Shown here in pieces: positions 1-10,045 of a stretch of 64,000 bases of DNA. A model generated the notes under the pieces. The model saw only the letters and a list, made by a program, of their open reading frames with translations, was not told the DNA's origin and made no database searches. The number at the start of each line of letters is the position of its first letter. Position 1 is the stretch's first letter. The position numbers were made by a program, and so were the translations under genes. The stretch is from Carpediemonas membranifera BICM. Its lineage: Eukaryota; Protista; Fornicata. Location: contig JAHDYR010000038.1 of assembly GCA_019828565.1 (NCBI GenBank), positions 326,735 to 390,734 on the forward strand. Direction: 5' to 3'.

Positions 1-2
1 CG

Positions 3-3000
3 GTGGCTTCTGGTGCCATGCAGCTAGGTGTCGTAGGCCAGACAGCCGCCCACGTCGAGGTCCTCGGGCCCGCGGTCAGTCTGACGATGCTTCTTCTCAA
101 ACAAGCCATCCCGGGCACAGTGGCTTCCACCAGCGACTTCGAATGCGAATTGTGTAACGCAGCAGACATGGGAGAGCTCGAGGCGAAGAACCCCGCTTTC
201 AAGGGCACCAAATGGGTCAGGCGCACCCCGATCCCGGCGGCCACACGATTACTCATCAGACGGCTGATGGAAGCGAACCCTAAGCTCGAGGACGCTGTTG
301 GGGAGATCAAGCTGAGCTCACCCGTGACAACCCCCTCGTATCTCACTGATATGCTGCACATCTCGACAGACGGGTCGGTTGCTGACGGGGCCGAGTCAGG
401 CAACTCCACCGACCAGGCCAGGGCGTCGGGCAGCGTCTGGGCAGGGGGTCAGGAGAACTCGTTCCAACAGTTCCTCAACGGCACCTCGCCCATAGACATT
501 CCCAAGCCGGACATGACGTTCTCCTTCCTCAAGAGCAGGGATTGTGACAGCGACGGGTCCAGGGCCCATGCGAGGACGTGGAGCAGCAGCACAGCGGCGC
601 TTGAGCGGCTGGGCACGGTTGATTCGTCAGGGAATGATGTGAATTCCTCCTCCCCGATGGCGATCACAGTGCTGCCGGAAAAGACTGAAAACACCGACTC
701 CCTCTCAGATACGACTCCTACTGAGTCTGAGTCTCCCGGCACGTTGACCGACCATGAACCATATTCCACCGCCCAGTCGCCCGACTCTCCCGATTCCCCA
801 GACCTGGACGTGTCCGACTCATTTGACCCCTCTTTCGCGGTTTTCCAGGGTCTTCTCGACATCACCAGCGACCAAGACTCACTCGACGACGAGGACAACG
901 ACAGCTTCCCTGCCCCCTCTGTTCCCGGTCGAGATGACAGCATGGAGGACGCCGAGGGGCTGGATGAACTGAGGCTCAACCAGGTGCGGTTCAATTTACA
1001 ATCGTCGACCCACCTGGAGATGACCGAGATCACCGAGATGAGCAGTGGCAGCTACACTGTTCAGTCCATATCAAGGCCGACTAGCAGGCAGGTGACTCCA
1101 AGGCGAGTCAAAGGATCGTCGAACACCTCGTCGAAACAATCCGTGGTGCCGCCGTCTGACCCGAAAGCACAGAAGCTCGCCTCCCTCACCGCCTCTGTCT
1201 CCAGCTCGCTGTCCGCCGGCCTCAGCACCCAGTACTCCAGCGACACCCCCGTCTTCCCTCAAGCCAAGCCCCTGCCACCCGTCCTCCACGTTGGCGTGTA
1301 CAACTCTGGCGGGCCAGTCCTGCCGCCGCTACCGCTCGGACGAAGGGGTAGGAGCCAGGCCAGTAGCCCCGGCTTCGAGTCGAGAAGCATGGAGCATTCG
1401 TTCAGTCGGACGTCTGTGGAGGACGAGGATACTGTCCTGTGTGGCGCCAGGAACGTGGTGACCAATGTAGCACACGTGGCACACTCGCCCCGGCGCAGGT
1501 CTACTGTCAAGGAGAGCTCGTTCACCAGCCCTTTCGCCAGTCCCCGCGACGACACGGCCCCCCGCTCCTGCCAGTCCCAGACCTCTGTCGGTGGTACAGG
1601 CGGGCTGAAGAGCGGGACCAACAGCAGCAGTACTATGGGAAGCCTCGGCCATGAAAGCAGGGCGCGGCACGTCATTGCAGATGTTCGGGAGCTCATGTCT
1701 CTCACCGACTCTACAAGGCGCGCCAAGGCTGAGGCTGAGGCCAGGCAATCGCCCAGAGCGCTGCTCACCGTGCGGGCGGGCAAGGCTCTGGCCTGGGCAT
1801 TTGACGGTGTCCCCCTGGCGCTGTCAGACAAGGAGTTCCTCAACTACTGGCACCGAGACTCCCTCGTCAGTCATACGGGCGCAGTCGTCTTCAGCCTCAT
1901 CCTCCTGCTGGCGCACACCATCGTCGGGTTATCCGTGCCGCTGTACTCGTTCGACGTGCTGTCCAAGGCGGAGTCCGGGGCAGCCTACTGGCCCTACGTC
2001 ATCCACATCGCGGGGTCGTGCCTTATAGTGCTCGAAATGACGACGAAGATCGTGTTCATTACCCGCACTCACAGCCTAAGATCCTCTGCCTTCGTGGCCC
2101 TCGCCAACACCGCCATGCTCAACCTCTTCGTCATCACCATTATGCTCCAGTACTTTCTTGCCATTGCGTACGATGATGCCAAGCCAAACACCGTCCCGAT
2201 CGCCGTCTACCTCGTAGCAGTTGCCCTGTTCATCCAATACTCGTCCATCGTCCCGGCCGTCGGCTGTAGCGTGCTCAGGATCTCGATGACAGCTTCTCTT
2301 GTCACCTTCCTCGCTGAGCTCACTGTGCTCTGCCTGCTTGGCCTGACCGCGCCACTAGATCACTGGTACCTCCCCCCACTGCTGATATTCATCCCCCTGC
2401 TCGCCTCCCTCAATAGGGGCGGGGGTGGCACCAGCGAGGCGCTCAGGACGCTGCATATCAGGCGAGTGAATCGGATTAATGACTTGATCTCCGCGATATT
2501 CCCAGATCATTTATTGGATCGGATATTTGACAAAGATCCGGCCCTGACCGGAGCCTCGTCTTCGCACACTGGATCAGATTTCTTGCGTCACAGCTCGATG
2601 AGCCTGTACGGCCGCAGTTCCAATGCAGTCTCGTCGTTTGACGCAGTCAACGCCTGTACCGTGACCATCGTTGACTTTGCCTCGTTCTCCTCAGTTATTG
2701 AGATGACCAACGGGGACCTTAGTTTCAAGATCCTCAACTACATCATCGACATGACCGACCGACGTGCAGAAGAGTTCGGTCTGGTCAAGATCAAGACCAT
2801 GGGCGACCGTGCCATGTACGTGAGCGGCCTCTTCGACGGGGAAACCAACCACGCCCTCCTTTCGTGCCGCGCCGCCATCGCTATCCTTAGGGACATCGAA
2901 GCATTCAACGCGACTGATTTGCCCAGTCTCAAGCTTGCGGCGAGGGTGGGGATCGCGTCGGGCTCGGCCTTCGGTTCCGTGTTTGGGTCGTACAGGTTCA

Positions 3001-3155
3001 GCTACGACGTCCTCGGCTCGGCAGTGACCAAGGCAACGCAGCTGGAGGGCCTGTGTGACGTTGGATCAGTGTACATATCGACGAGCACCGCGATGCAGCT
3101 GGGAAGCAGGTTTAACCTTCAGAAGGCAGAGCGGGGCTTCCTCCTCAGCTTATAG
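3..3155 (+). CDS. Membrane-bound class III adenylate/guanylate cyclase-like protein, 5' end outside window
   Basis: C-terminal cyclase motifs VTIVDF, VKIKTMGD, RVGIASG, YDVLG, preceded by about 6 hydrophobic helices. The first ~45 aa (ASGAMQLGVVG...EVLGPAV...PGTV) resemble the tail of a second cyclase domain. Confidence 0.85.
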   Translation: MASGAMQLGVVGQTAAHVEVLGPAVSLTMLLLKQAIPGTVASTSDFECELCNAADMGELEAKNPAFKGTKWVRRTPIPAATRLLIRRLMEANPKLEDAVGEIKLSSPVTTPSYLTDMLHISTDGSVADGAESGNSTDQARASGSVWAGGQENSFQQFLNGTSPIDIPKPDMTFSFLKSRDCDSDGSRAHARTWSSSTAALERLGTVDSSGNDVNSSSPMAITVLPEKTENTDSLSDTTPTESESPGTLTDHEPYSTAQSPDSPDSPDLDVSDSFDPSFAVFQGLLDITSDQDSLDDEDNDSFPAPSVPGRDDSMEDAEGLDELRLNQVRFNLQSSTHLEMTEITEMSSGSYTVQSISRPTSRQVTPRRVKGSSNTSSKQSVVPPSDPKAQKLASLTASVSSSLSAGLSTQYSSDTPVFPQAKPLPPVLHVGVYNSGGPVLPPLPLGRRGRSQASSPGFESRSMEHSFSRTSVEDEDTVLCGARNVVTNVAHVAHSPRRRSTVKESSFTSPFASPRDDTAPRSCQSQTSVGGTGGLKSGTNSSSTMGSLGHESRARHVIADVRELMSLTDSTRRAKAEAEARQSPRALLTVRAGKALAWAFDGVPLALSDKEFLNYWHRDSLVSHTGAVVFSLILLLAHTIVGLSVPLYSFDVLSKAESGAAYWPYVIHIAGSCLIVLEMTTKIVFITRTHSLRSSAFVALANTAMLNLFVITIMLQYFLAIAYDDAKPNTVPIAVYLVAVALFIQYSSIVPAVGCSVLRISMTASLVTFLAELTVLCLLGLTAPLDHWYLPPLLIFIPLLASLNRGGGGTSEALRTLHIRRVNRINDLISAIFPDHLLDRIFDKDPALTGASSSHTGSDFLRHSSMSLYGRSSNAVSSFDAVNACTVTIVDFASFSSVIEMTNGDLSFKILNYIIDMTDRRAEEFGLVKIKTMGDRAMYVSGLFDGETNHALLSCRAAIAILRDIEAFNATDLPSLKLAARVGIASGSAFGSVFGSYRFSYDVLGSAVTKATQLEGLCDVGSVYISTSTAMQLGSRFNLQKAERGFLLSL

Positions 3156-4009
3156 CTGGGGATAGTGTTACTAGATTATTAAATTCGCTGCTTTCTCATG
3201 GCATTGACTCGGCCCGTTTCTTGTTATTGAGTTACAGTGATTATCTCAAGCAGATTAGCAGGAGCTCGAGTTTGGCAGTCTGCTCGGCGTGATGCGTGAT
3301 TTCCTCATCCCCAAGCGAGATGGCGTGGGCGAGCTCTTCGATAGTGGTCAGTCAAGCAGCAGTTTACCGCCGGTGATTAGTCATAATGACTCCCGGCTCG
3401 CTCTAACATTCCGTCCCCCGCCGGCTAGTTGGGATGTGAGCGCACTAGCTGGCTCGACTCCCAGGACTTGTTGTTTTGACACTGATTCCTCGCAAGCTGG
3501 CGGTTGACATCGGCCTGGAGTCGCGCCACAGAATGCAGTCATATGACATCTCCCAACACCAGTACTGATTTAAAAATTAAGATACAAAAGTGGCGACTCC
3601 CGGAAGCGGAAATTTAAGTCAAAAAGGGGCTCCAAACTTGAAACTTGTCAGGCAGTGTCACAATACTCTCGACCGCCCCGCCCGATTAACGGCGATCCAC
3701 TCCTCACCCGACCTCAGCATGAGCAGACAGTCACGCCCCAACTGACTCAGCGCTGTTGCTGAATCTTCCCAGAACCGGTGCTACCGCACATCAGACTGAT
3801 GGAACAACCCAGGCCCTCCCCTTGATATGTCCTGAGCCGACGTTCAACCCAAATCCCTGAACTGAGACGTGCGGCCGGCTTGTTCGCCATTTGTGAGGGT
3901 AAGTACCCCGGTATGGCATGGCCCGAGCAGCAATAGCTCGGTGCTCTCGATTGGACGTAAAGCACTAGCAAACCATCAACCCATCAACCCATCAAAACCG
4001 TTTACCGTC

Positions 4010-5014
4010 CTACGCCTTGGGGCTGACCGGCGCCTCGTGCCCAGGCGAAACCACCCTCTCCGACTCGGGCGCCTTGACAGTGAACCGTGCTTGCTCACTC
4101 TTGGGGTAGTGGTGCAGCGCAGTCGGCTCGATCATGTGGAAGTCCTCGAGCGGCGTCTCTCCGTGTTCGGGCGCCTCGGCCTGGCGCCGCTCGTCGATGA
4201 AGCGGTTGATGTCCCACTCGCGCTTGCCGCCGTAACGAACCGGGATGGCGTTCTCGTCCTCGAAAAGAAGGTCGAAGCTGTCGTACGTGTCGTCGAATAC
4301 GTTGTGGTATGAGATCATGTTCTTGTAGAAGAATGGACCAATCTTGGCGATAGGCTTGATGATGCCGTGCGGCTTGCAGTAGACGAAAGTCATATCGAGG
4401 CGCCTAGGATAGACGTCGCGGGTCAGCTTCAGTGAGCGGGCGTCCATCTTGATAAGGGTGAGCGGATGCCTGAGGACGGGCTTGACAAGGGAGCTCAGCG
4501 CCTTGCCCTGGCAGTCCATGATGCAAGTGATGGGTGCCATGTTCCTGGGATAGGTGCGGTCGATGTATTCGCAGAGGTAGGTCCAAGCAAGCACAGACTC
4601 GAGCATCTGGAGGTTGTTGAGGTCGAGGTCTACAATGCTCAGTGAGAACGTCGGGCTTCCCATCTTGTTCAACCCGAGGGGGAGGAAGTTAAGCCGGCGG
4701 ACTCCCTCGCCAATCTGGGCGATGTTAAGATCATCCAGGTGGTACTCAGCACGTCTGTCGCCAGCGCGCTTGAGGCTAGAGATGGCCTTCGAGACGTTGA
4801 GGTTGTTGGCACGAAGGTAGCGCATCACTAGGCACTCGCGGTCTTCTTCGGCCAGATGTTTCGGCCAATTGATCGAGGATCCTTCAATGCTGGCCCAGAA
4901 CATGCTCAGCTTCTCTCGTTCGACGCGCGTGAAGGTGCCCTCAAAGTGTCCATGGTCAGTGGCATAGATTGCATTCTCCAGGCGGCGCAATAGATTCAGT
5001 TTCTTCTCTTCCAT
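4010..5014 (-). CDS. CRAL-TRIO/Sec14-like lipid-binding protein
   Basis: LVMRYLRA..NVSKA (CRAL-TRIO N), CIMDCQG, YPRRL and IPVRYGG motifs. Confidence 0.8.
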   Translation of the reverse strand: MEEKKLNLLRRLENAIYATDHGHFEGTFTRVEREKLSMFWASIEGSSINWPKHLAEEDRECLVMRYLRANNLNVSKAISSLKRAGDRRAEYHLDDLNIAQIGEGVRRLNFLPLGLNKMGSPTFSLSIVDLDLNNLQMLESVLAWTYLCEYIDRTYPRNMAPITCIMDCQGKALSSLVKPVLRHPLTLIKMDARSLKLTRDVYPRRLDMTFVYCKPHGIIKPIAKIGPFFYKNMISYHNVFDDTYDSFDLLFEDENAIPVRYGGKREWDINRFIDERRQAEAPEHGETPLEDFHMIEPTALHHYPKSEQARFTVKAPESERVVSPGHEAPVSPKA

Positions 5015-5479
5015 GATGTTCGGAGTCGTCTGTTGAACCCGTAACCCGCATTCGCATAAAAGTTATGGTCTTGTCGAAAGTCACATAGCGATTCGATCAT
5101 TGAGTGGACAGCACAAGTGACTGCTTCACGGCGTCAAGGAGGATACTGACCTTGCGGTGTCGGTGAGTGTGGCAGTAGGAAGTTTCCGCCCTAAGCCCGG
5201 CCGGAGTCGGCTGGCGAGTCCGAATCAGCCAGGTTAAAGTTCGTATTGTCGAGAGACCAAGGGGTCAGGATCCCAGTGAGCGGCCTGGCCCCATTAACGC
5301 GAAGGTGAGGTTGCTGGGGTAAATATTTGACTCCATAACGGCGGTTAGAGTCGTATCCGGGTCTCATGATATTATTATGGTATTTGTCAATGATGATCGA
5401 CCGGTCGTCGCGTCTGACGTGGCATCAGCAAGCAGCTGTACATGGGCAGTTGCGTTCAATGCCAACATATGCTGTTGTG

Positions 5480-6155
5480 TCAGCGAGCAGGTTTAGTGGT
5501 GCCGCGGGTCAGGAAGTCGCGACCCTCGCGGTCGCCCCAAACATAAATTCTTCGCGGAGTGAGTGCCATGTTGGCCTCGCCGGCCACTGCGTGCATTGTA
5601 AGACACGGGGGCACGCAGATCCAGACGAACTGCTCTTCGTGAATGGCCGGCACTTGTTGGACGTTTCGCCTGTCGGCCTTGATACCGTAAATGGCGGTGG
5701 GTTGTGCTTCCAAGAGAATATGACTTGTCTAGGCCATTCTTCGCGGCGACGTTCAGCGTGAAGAAGAACTTGCGGCAGAGGAACCAGAGGCATTTGGCCT
5801 CAGGGGCGAGAGCGTTGCGGATCTTGTCGTGTATCGCGTTCTCATCTGGCCACTTCACTCGAGCCTCCTCCAGCACCCTGTCCTCGAGGTCTGGGTCAGC
5901 ACCACTCGCTATCATCACGGCCCACAGCGTGCCTTGGAGCAGGGTGTGCAGGGCGACCGGGAGCTCCTGCCCCTCCGCGAGCTCGACGTTCATGGAGAGC
6001 GGGGGGCCGTCTGCGATGATCGAGCGGGCGCGGTCGAGCAGGGCTTGCGCCGTTGGTTTCAGAGGGGGAATTCTCGAGAGCATGGTTTGCAGGGATTCGA
6101 GTTCTGCGCTGCTCGCTGATGCACTGGTGGTCTCTGCATCGCGCTCTACCGGCAT
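5480..6155 (-). pseudogene. Header-cassette/RCC1-like family member, copy A (frameshifted, truncated)
   Basis: Shared MPVERDAETT header from ATG 6155. The family motif ALTPRRIYVWG appears in another frame (ORF 5480..5713), then stops; no full propeller body. Confidence 0.7.
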
Positions 6156-8996
6156 GACCTTGTTGAAGTGCCTGGAGTAGGCGTGGCGGAGCAGAGAGGG
6201 GATGTCCCCGGGGATGTAGGCGGTTGCAACAGTCGAAACGCGGAATGCGGATATCAGCGCATGCTCAACGCCCAATGCCGCGGAATCGTGTTGTGGCGCT
6301 GCTTCGCCCATCCAAGCTGGCGCTGTCCTCTTGTGGCCACAGTCGCCGAGTCGTCGACCACCGACGCGCGCCGAGAGTGCTGCCACCAGCTAGGCTGCTC
6401 CATCCCAGCGCGCTGACGGGCGTCGACTGCCCCAGTCCCGGCCGAAGCGCCGATCCACAGAGCACTCGGGTTCTGGCGATGCCGCTCGGGAAGCAAGGGA
6501 ACGCCGGTGGGCATGACATCGATTCTCAATTGCAGCTCAATTTAGATCCAGATCGAATCTTGGGCTGGAGATTGCGTCTCGTACTTCAGAACCGAGCAAG
6601 CTTGAACAAGCAAAGAAGAATGGGACAGATACAAGTAGCTCCTTGCCTTGGCACTGGCGTAGGATATGACATCCCACAGCCCTGCGATGAGGATAACCGC
6701 GACCCCGAATCGAGCGGAACCATAATCTCATAAAAATGGATGAAACTAGAGAACGTACGGTCGTATAGACCATAAAGTAGCGATATTCACGCTAAGCCGT
6801 CGCAGCTGAGCCCAATGGTGGTCTCGATATGCATTCGATCTTTGCTCGACCGCTGATGCTCACCGCACGCAGCCATTCCAGCGACATATGGGAGAGGCCG
6901 ACCCATCACATCCCTGCGAGCGCGCTGTCGAGGGCCCGCTGACCCGATCCAGCCCATCTCCGCAGCCCAGCTTCTGAGACATCGCCACGCCCTCCGGCGT
7001 TCCGGACTAGCGTTGCCGGGCCCGTAGACCCACATTCCGGGCGTTGGAGCCGGTCAGCAAACTCTGTGGCACGCCTGGGCCAGCGGGTCGCGGCGACGCG
7101 AGGTGACAGCCGATGGCGATGGCACACGCAGGAGCGGTCGGCCGACACCAGCAGACCTCTGGGGCACCTTCTGGTGCAATCAGCTGGCCTCCCCGGGCCC
7201 GCAGCCGACCCGATGCGCATTAGGGTCCACAACCGATCCGATTGAATCTCCCGAAGTCGCCGTATCTGCTACTGCCCTCAGCAGAACGAAGACACAAAGT
7301 TCATGGAGATCGAAAAGCTTCTCGACAACAACGCATCCGCTTGCTACCAGTGCGAGCAAGCGCGCGGCCCCGGCTGCAACACGTTCAAGGGCGTCTGCAG
7401 CAAGAGCCCCGAAACAACCGCCATCCAGGACCACATTACGTGGCTCTGCATGCAGCTCGCGGCCGCCGCCGTGCAGGACCGCGCTAAGGTCACCGACGAA
7501 CAGCTCGTTCTGTTCAACCGCGCCATGTTCACGACGCTCACCAACGTCAACTTCGACGACGACGCCCTCATGCGCTACGCCGAGGACCTCACAGCCGAGC
7601 TGACCGCCCTCGGCGTCAACGGCGTCAACAAGTCCGCCGCTGAGGCCGTCGCGACCCTCAAGGACTACGGGCTCGCCCACCGCATCCACAAGTTCGGCGA
7701 GACCGTCGCCGGCCTCCGCGAGACCGTTGTCTACGGCATCCGTGGCGCCGCCGCCTACGCGGACCACGTCTTCGTGCTCGAGGGCCTCGACCCCGTGCGC
7801 AAGGAGACGTGGATGAACGTCGAGGCGATGGCCGAGCTCAACAAGGACGACCTGTCCGTCGACGCGCTCCTCGGCCTCACGCTCAAGGTCGGCGAGGCCA
7901 ACTTCGGCATCATGGCCGCGCTCGACAAGGCGCACAACGCGGCGCTCGGCCAGCCCAGCTTCGCGCCCGTCAACACCCGGCCCGTCGAGGGCAAGTGCAT
8001 CCTCATCACGGGCCACGACATGGACGACCTCCACAAGCTGCTCGAGCAGTGCGAGGCGCGCGGCGTGAACGTCTTCACCCACGGCGAGATGATCCCCGCC
8101 CACGCCTACCCCGCCCTGCGCAAGTACAAGTGCCTCGTCGGCAACTACGGCACGTCGTGGCGCAACCAGCGCAAGGAGTTCCCGCTCTTCCCCGGCCCCG
8201 TGCTCTTCACGACGAACTGCATCATGCCCCCGCGCGAGGACTACAAGCACCGCGTGTTCACGACCGGCCGCGTCGGCTTCCCGGGCCTGACCCACGTCGC
8301 GAACGGCGAGTTCGAGTCCGTGATCGCGGCCGCGCTCGAGGCGCCCGGCTACACCAAAGCCGATGTCGAGGCCGCCAACGCCGAGTCGCCCCTGCTCGTC
8401 GGCGCGATGCACGCCGAGGTTCTGAGCCACGCGGGCAAGGTCCTCGAGCTGATCTCCGCGGGCAAGTTGCGCCACATCTTCTTCATCGGCGGCTGCGACG
8501 GCAGCACGCCCGGCCGCAACTACTTCTCGGACCTCGCCGAGGCCATCCCCGACGACTGCCTGATCCTGACCGGCGCTTGCGGCCGCTTCCGCATCAACCG
8601 CGTCAAGGACTACGGCGACATCGAGGGCATCCCGCGCCTGCTCGACGTCGGCCAGTGCAACGACGTCTTCAGCGCCATCAAGATCGCGGTCGCCCTTTCC
8701 GAGGCCACCGGGCTCGCCGTCAATGACCTGCCGCTCTCGCTGTGCGTGAGCTGGTTCGAGCAGAAGGCCGTCGCCGTGCTGCTGACGCTGCTCCACCTGG
8801 GCATCCGCAACATCCGCCTCGGCCCCTCGCTGCCCCGCTTCCTGACCCCCGACGCCCTCGCCGTGCTGGCCGACAAGTTCGCCCTGAAGCCCACGAACAA
8901 CAAGGACGCCAAGGGCGACCTCGCCGACATGCTCGCCGGCGAGCACTAGACATAAATGCTACATGTAACTGGACCAGGGTGGATGATGACGGGCAC
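5744..8996. repeat. Left arm of ~3.25-kb inverted segmental duplication (partner 20344-23598)
   Basis: Reverse-complement near-identity; coordinate sum is 29340 across hcp and the inner boundary; few SNPs and small indels. Confidence 0.95.
7303..8949 (+). CDS. hcp: Hybrid cluster protein (prismane; hydroxylamine/NO reductase), copy 1
   Basis: CYQCEQ..GC..KGVC, ITGHD, THGEM, TTNC, GGCDG, ACG, GQCND and SWFEQKA motifs; strong C/G-ending codon bias. Confidence 0.97.
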   Translation: MEIEKLLDNNASACYQCEQARGPGCNTFKGVCSKSPETTAIQDHITWLCMQLAAAAVQDRAKVTDEQLVLFNRAMFTTLTNVNFDDDALMRYAEDLTAELTALGVNGVNKSAAEAVATLKDYGLAHRIHKFGETVAGLRETVVYGIRGAAAYADHVFVLEGLDPVRKETWMNVEAMAELNKDDLSVDALLGLTLKVGEANFGIMAALDKAHNAALGQPSFAPVNTRPVEGKCILITGHDMDDLHKLLEQCEARGVNVFTHGEMIPAHAYPALRKYKCLVGNYGTSWRNQRKEFPLFPGPVLFTTNCIMPPREDYKHRVFTTGRVGFPGLTHVANGEFESVIAAALEAPGYTKADVEAANAESPLLVGAMHAEVLSHAGKVLELISAGKLRHIFFIGGCDGSTPGRNYFSDLAEAIPDDCLILTGACGRFRINRVKDYGDIEGIPRLLDVGQCNDVFSAIKIAVALSEATGLAVNDLPLSLCVSWFEQKAVAVLLTLLHLGIRNIRLGPSLPRFLTPDALAVLADKFALKPTNNKDAKGDLADMLAGEH

Positions 8997-9140
8997 CGCA
9001 TATGAACGTGCATTAAGAAGCCATCTGACAGTCACCAAGTCGCCGTGTCACAGGTCCAGTTCGTGACACGACTTGAACGACTGTCGTTAAACTGTCACAT
9101 TGAGCAGGGTGCTCGAAACACAGCGAAACACACATAACGC

Positions 9141-9805
9141 ATGGTAAAACCTTCTCTTGAGAACTGTAAGGTTGATGGATCATCACTAGTGGTGTCTGGC
9201 AACTGGCTGTCGCTCATTAACATCCACTACACTGATGCCTATGGTGATCCTCGCATTTGGGAGGGTGTACGCCGTGTTAAGGGCGATGATTTCACTGGAG
9301 ATAGCAAGGTATGAACTCTTGAAAACCATTTCAGCTCACACAGGTCATCAACGCTTGTAACGTGATTCCAATCATCAAGAACACCGACGGCACGAAGCAA
9401 CTTCTCCTCGTCCGGCAGTTCCGCGCCGCCGCTGGGCGCCAGTCCATCGAATTCCCCTCGGGCCTCATCGATGCGGGCGAGCAGGCCGATATCTGCGCCA
9501 TCAGGGAGCTAGTCGAGGAAACTGGCCTTCACGGCCGAGTCATCGAGAAGGCACCCCTCCCCGTGGCATACACACCCACAAACAGCAACAGCCTGGGTCA
9601 GTACTACATTGTGGAGGTCGACATGGCCGATGAGAGGAACAAGAACGCCAAGCCCAGCTTCGACCCCGGAGAGTACTGTGAGAACGTGCTCGTCGACTTT
9701 GACACTCTTACTGAGGACTTGGCTAAGCTCAGCAGCAAGGGGTGTTACGTCCACGAGTCTGTGCTGATGTTTTCTTTTGGACTGCAAACTGCTGGAAGGA
9801 TTTAG
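9141..9805 (+). CDS. Nudix hydrolase (ADP-ribose pyrophosphatase, NUDT5-like), 2 exons: 9141-9308 and 9344-9805
   Basis: Nudix box GLIDAGEQADICAIRELVEETG and QFR motif. Removing the 35-nt GTATGA..CAG intron (9309-9343) joins MVKPS...GDSK to VINACNVIP in frame. Confidence 0.9.
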
Positions 9806-10045
9806 AATGGAATGGGTTGAAGAGATGGCACAGTGTGGCTGTTCTATGACGTAAATGTGTCGGCCCACTCATGTGGCATCGTGGAATGCTCTGGCAAACG
9901 GTTTAAAAATTCGACCTTGCCCAAGCTTCTTCACAAAAACTTCTGAAGCTGTCAACAAGAACTCTACCTACGGCACTGCTGACTGCTTCTCTGACCTGCA
10001 GCGGGGCATGACATCCGACCACGCAGATTAGGGGGGCAACAAAGG

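Noticed and set aside
3971-3996. Short CCATCAAC repeat (3 copies) downstream of the CRAL-TRIO gene
   Set aside because: Too short to support a function; not a telomeric array
7180-8946. 588-aa antisense ORF and 305-aa alternate-frame ORF over hcp (mirrored at 20544-22160 and 20614-21531)
   Set aside because: Shadow ORFs caused by the extreme GC3 bias of hcp; no recognisable domains
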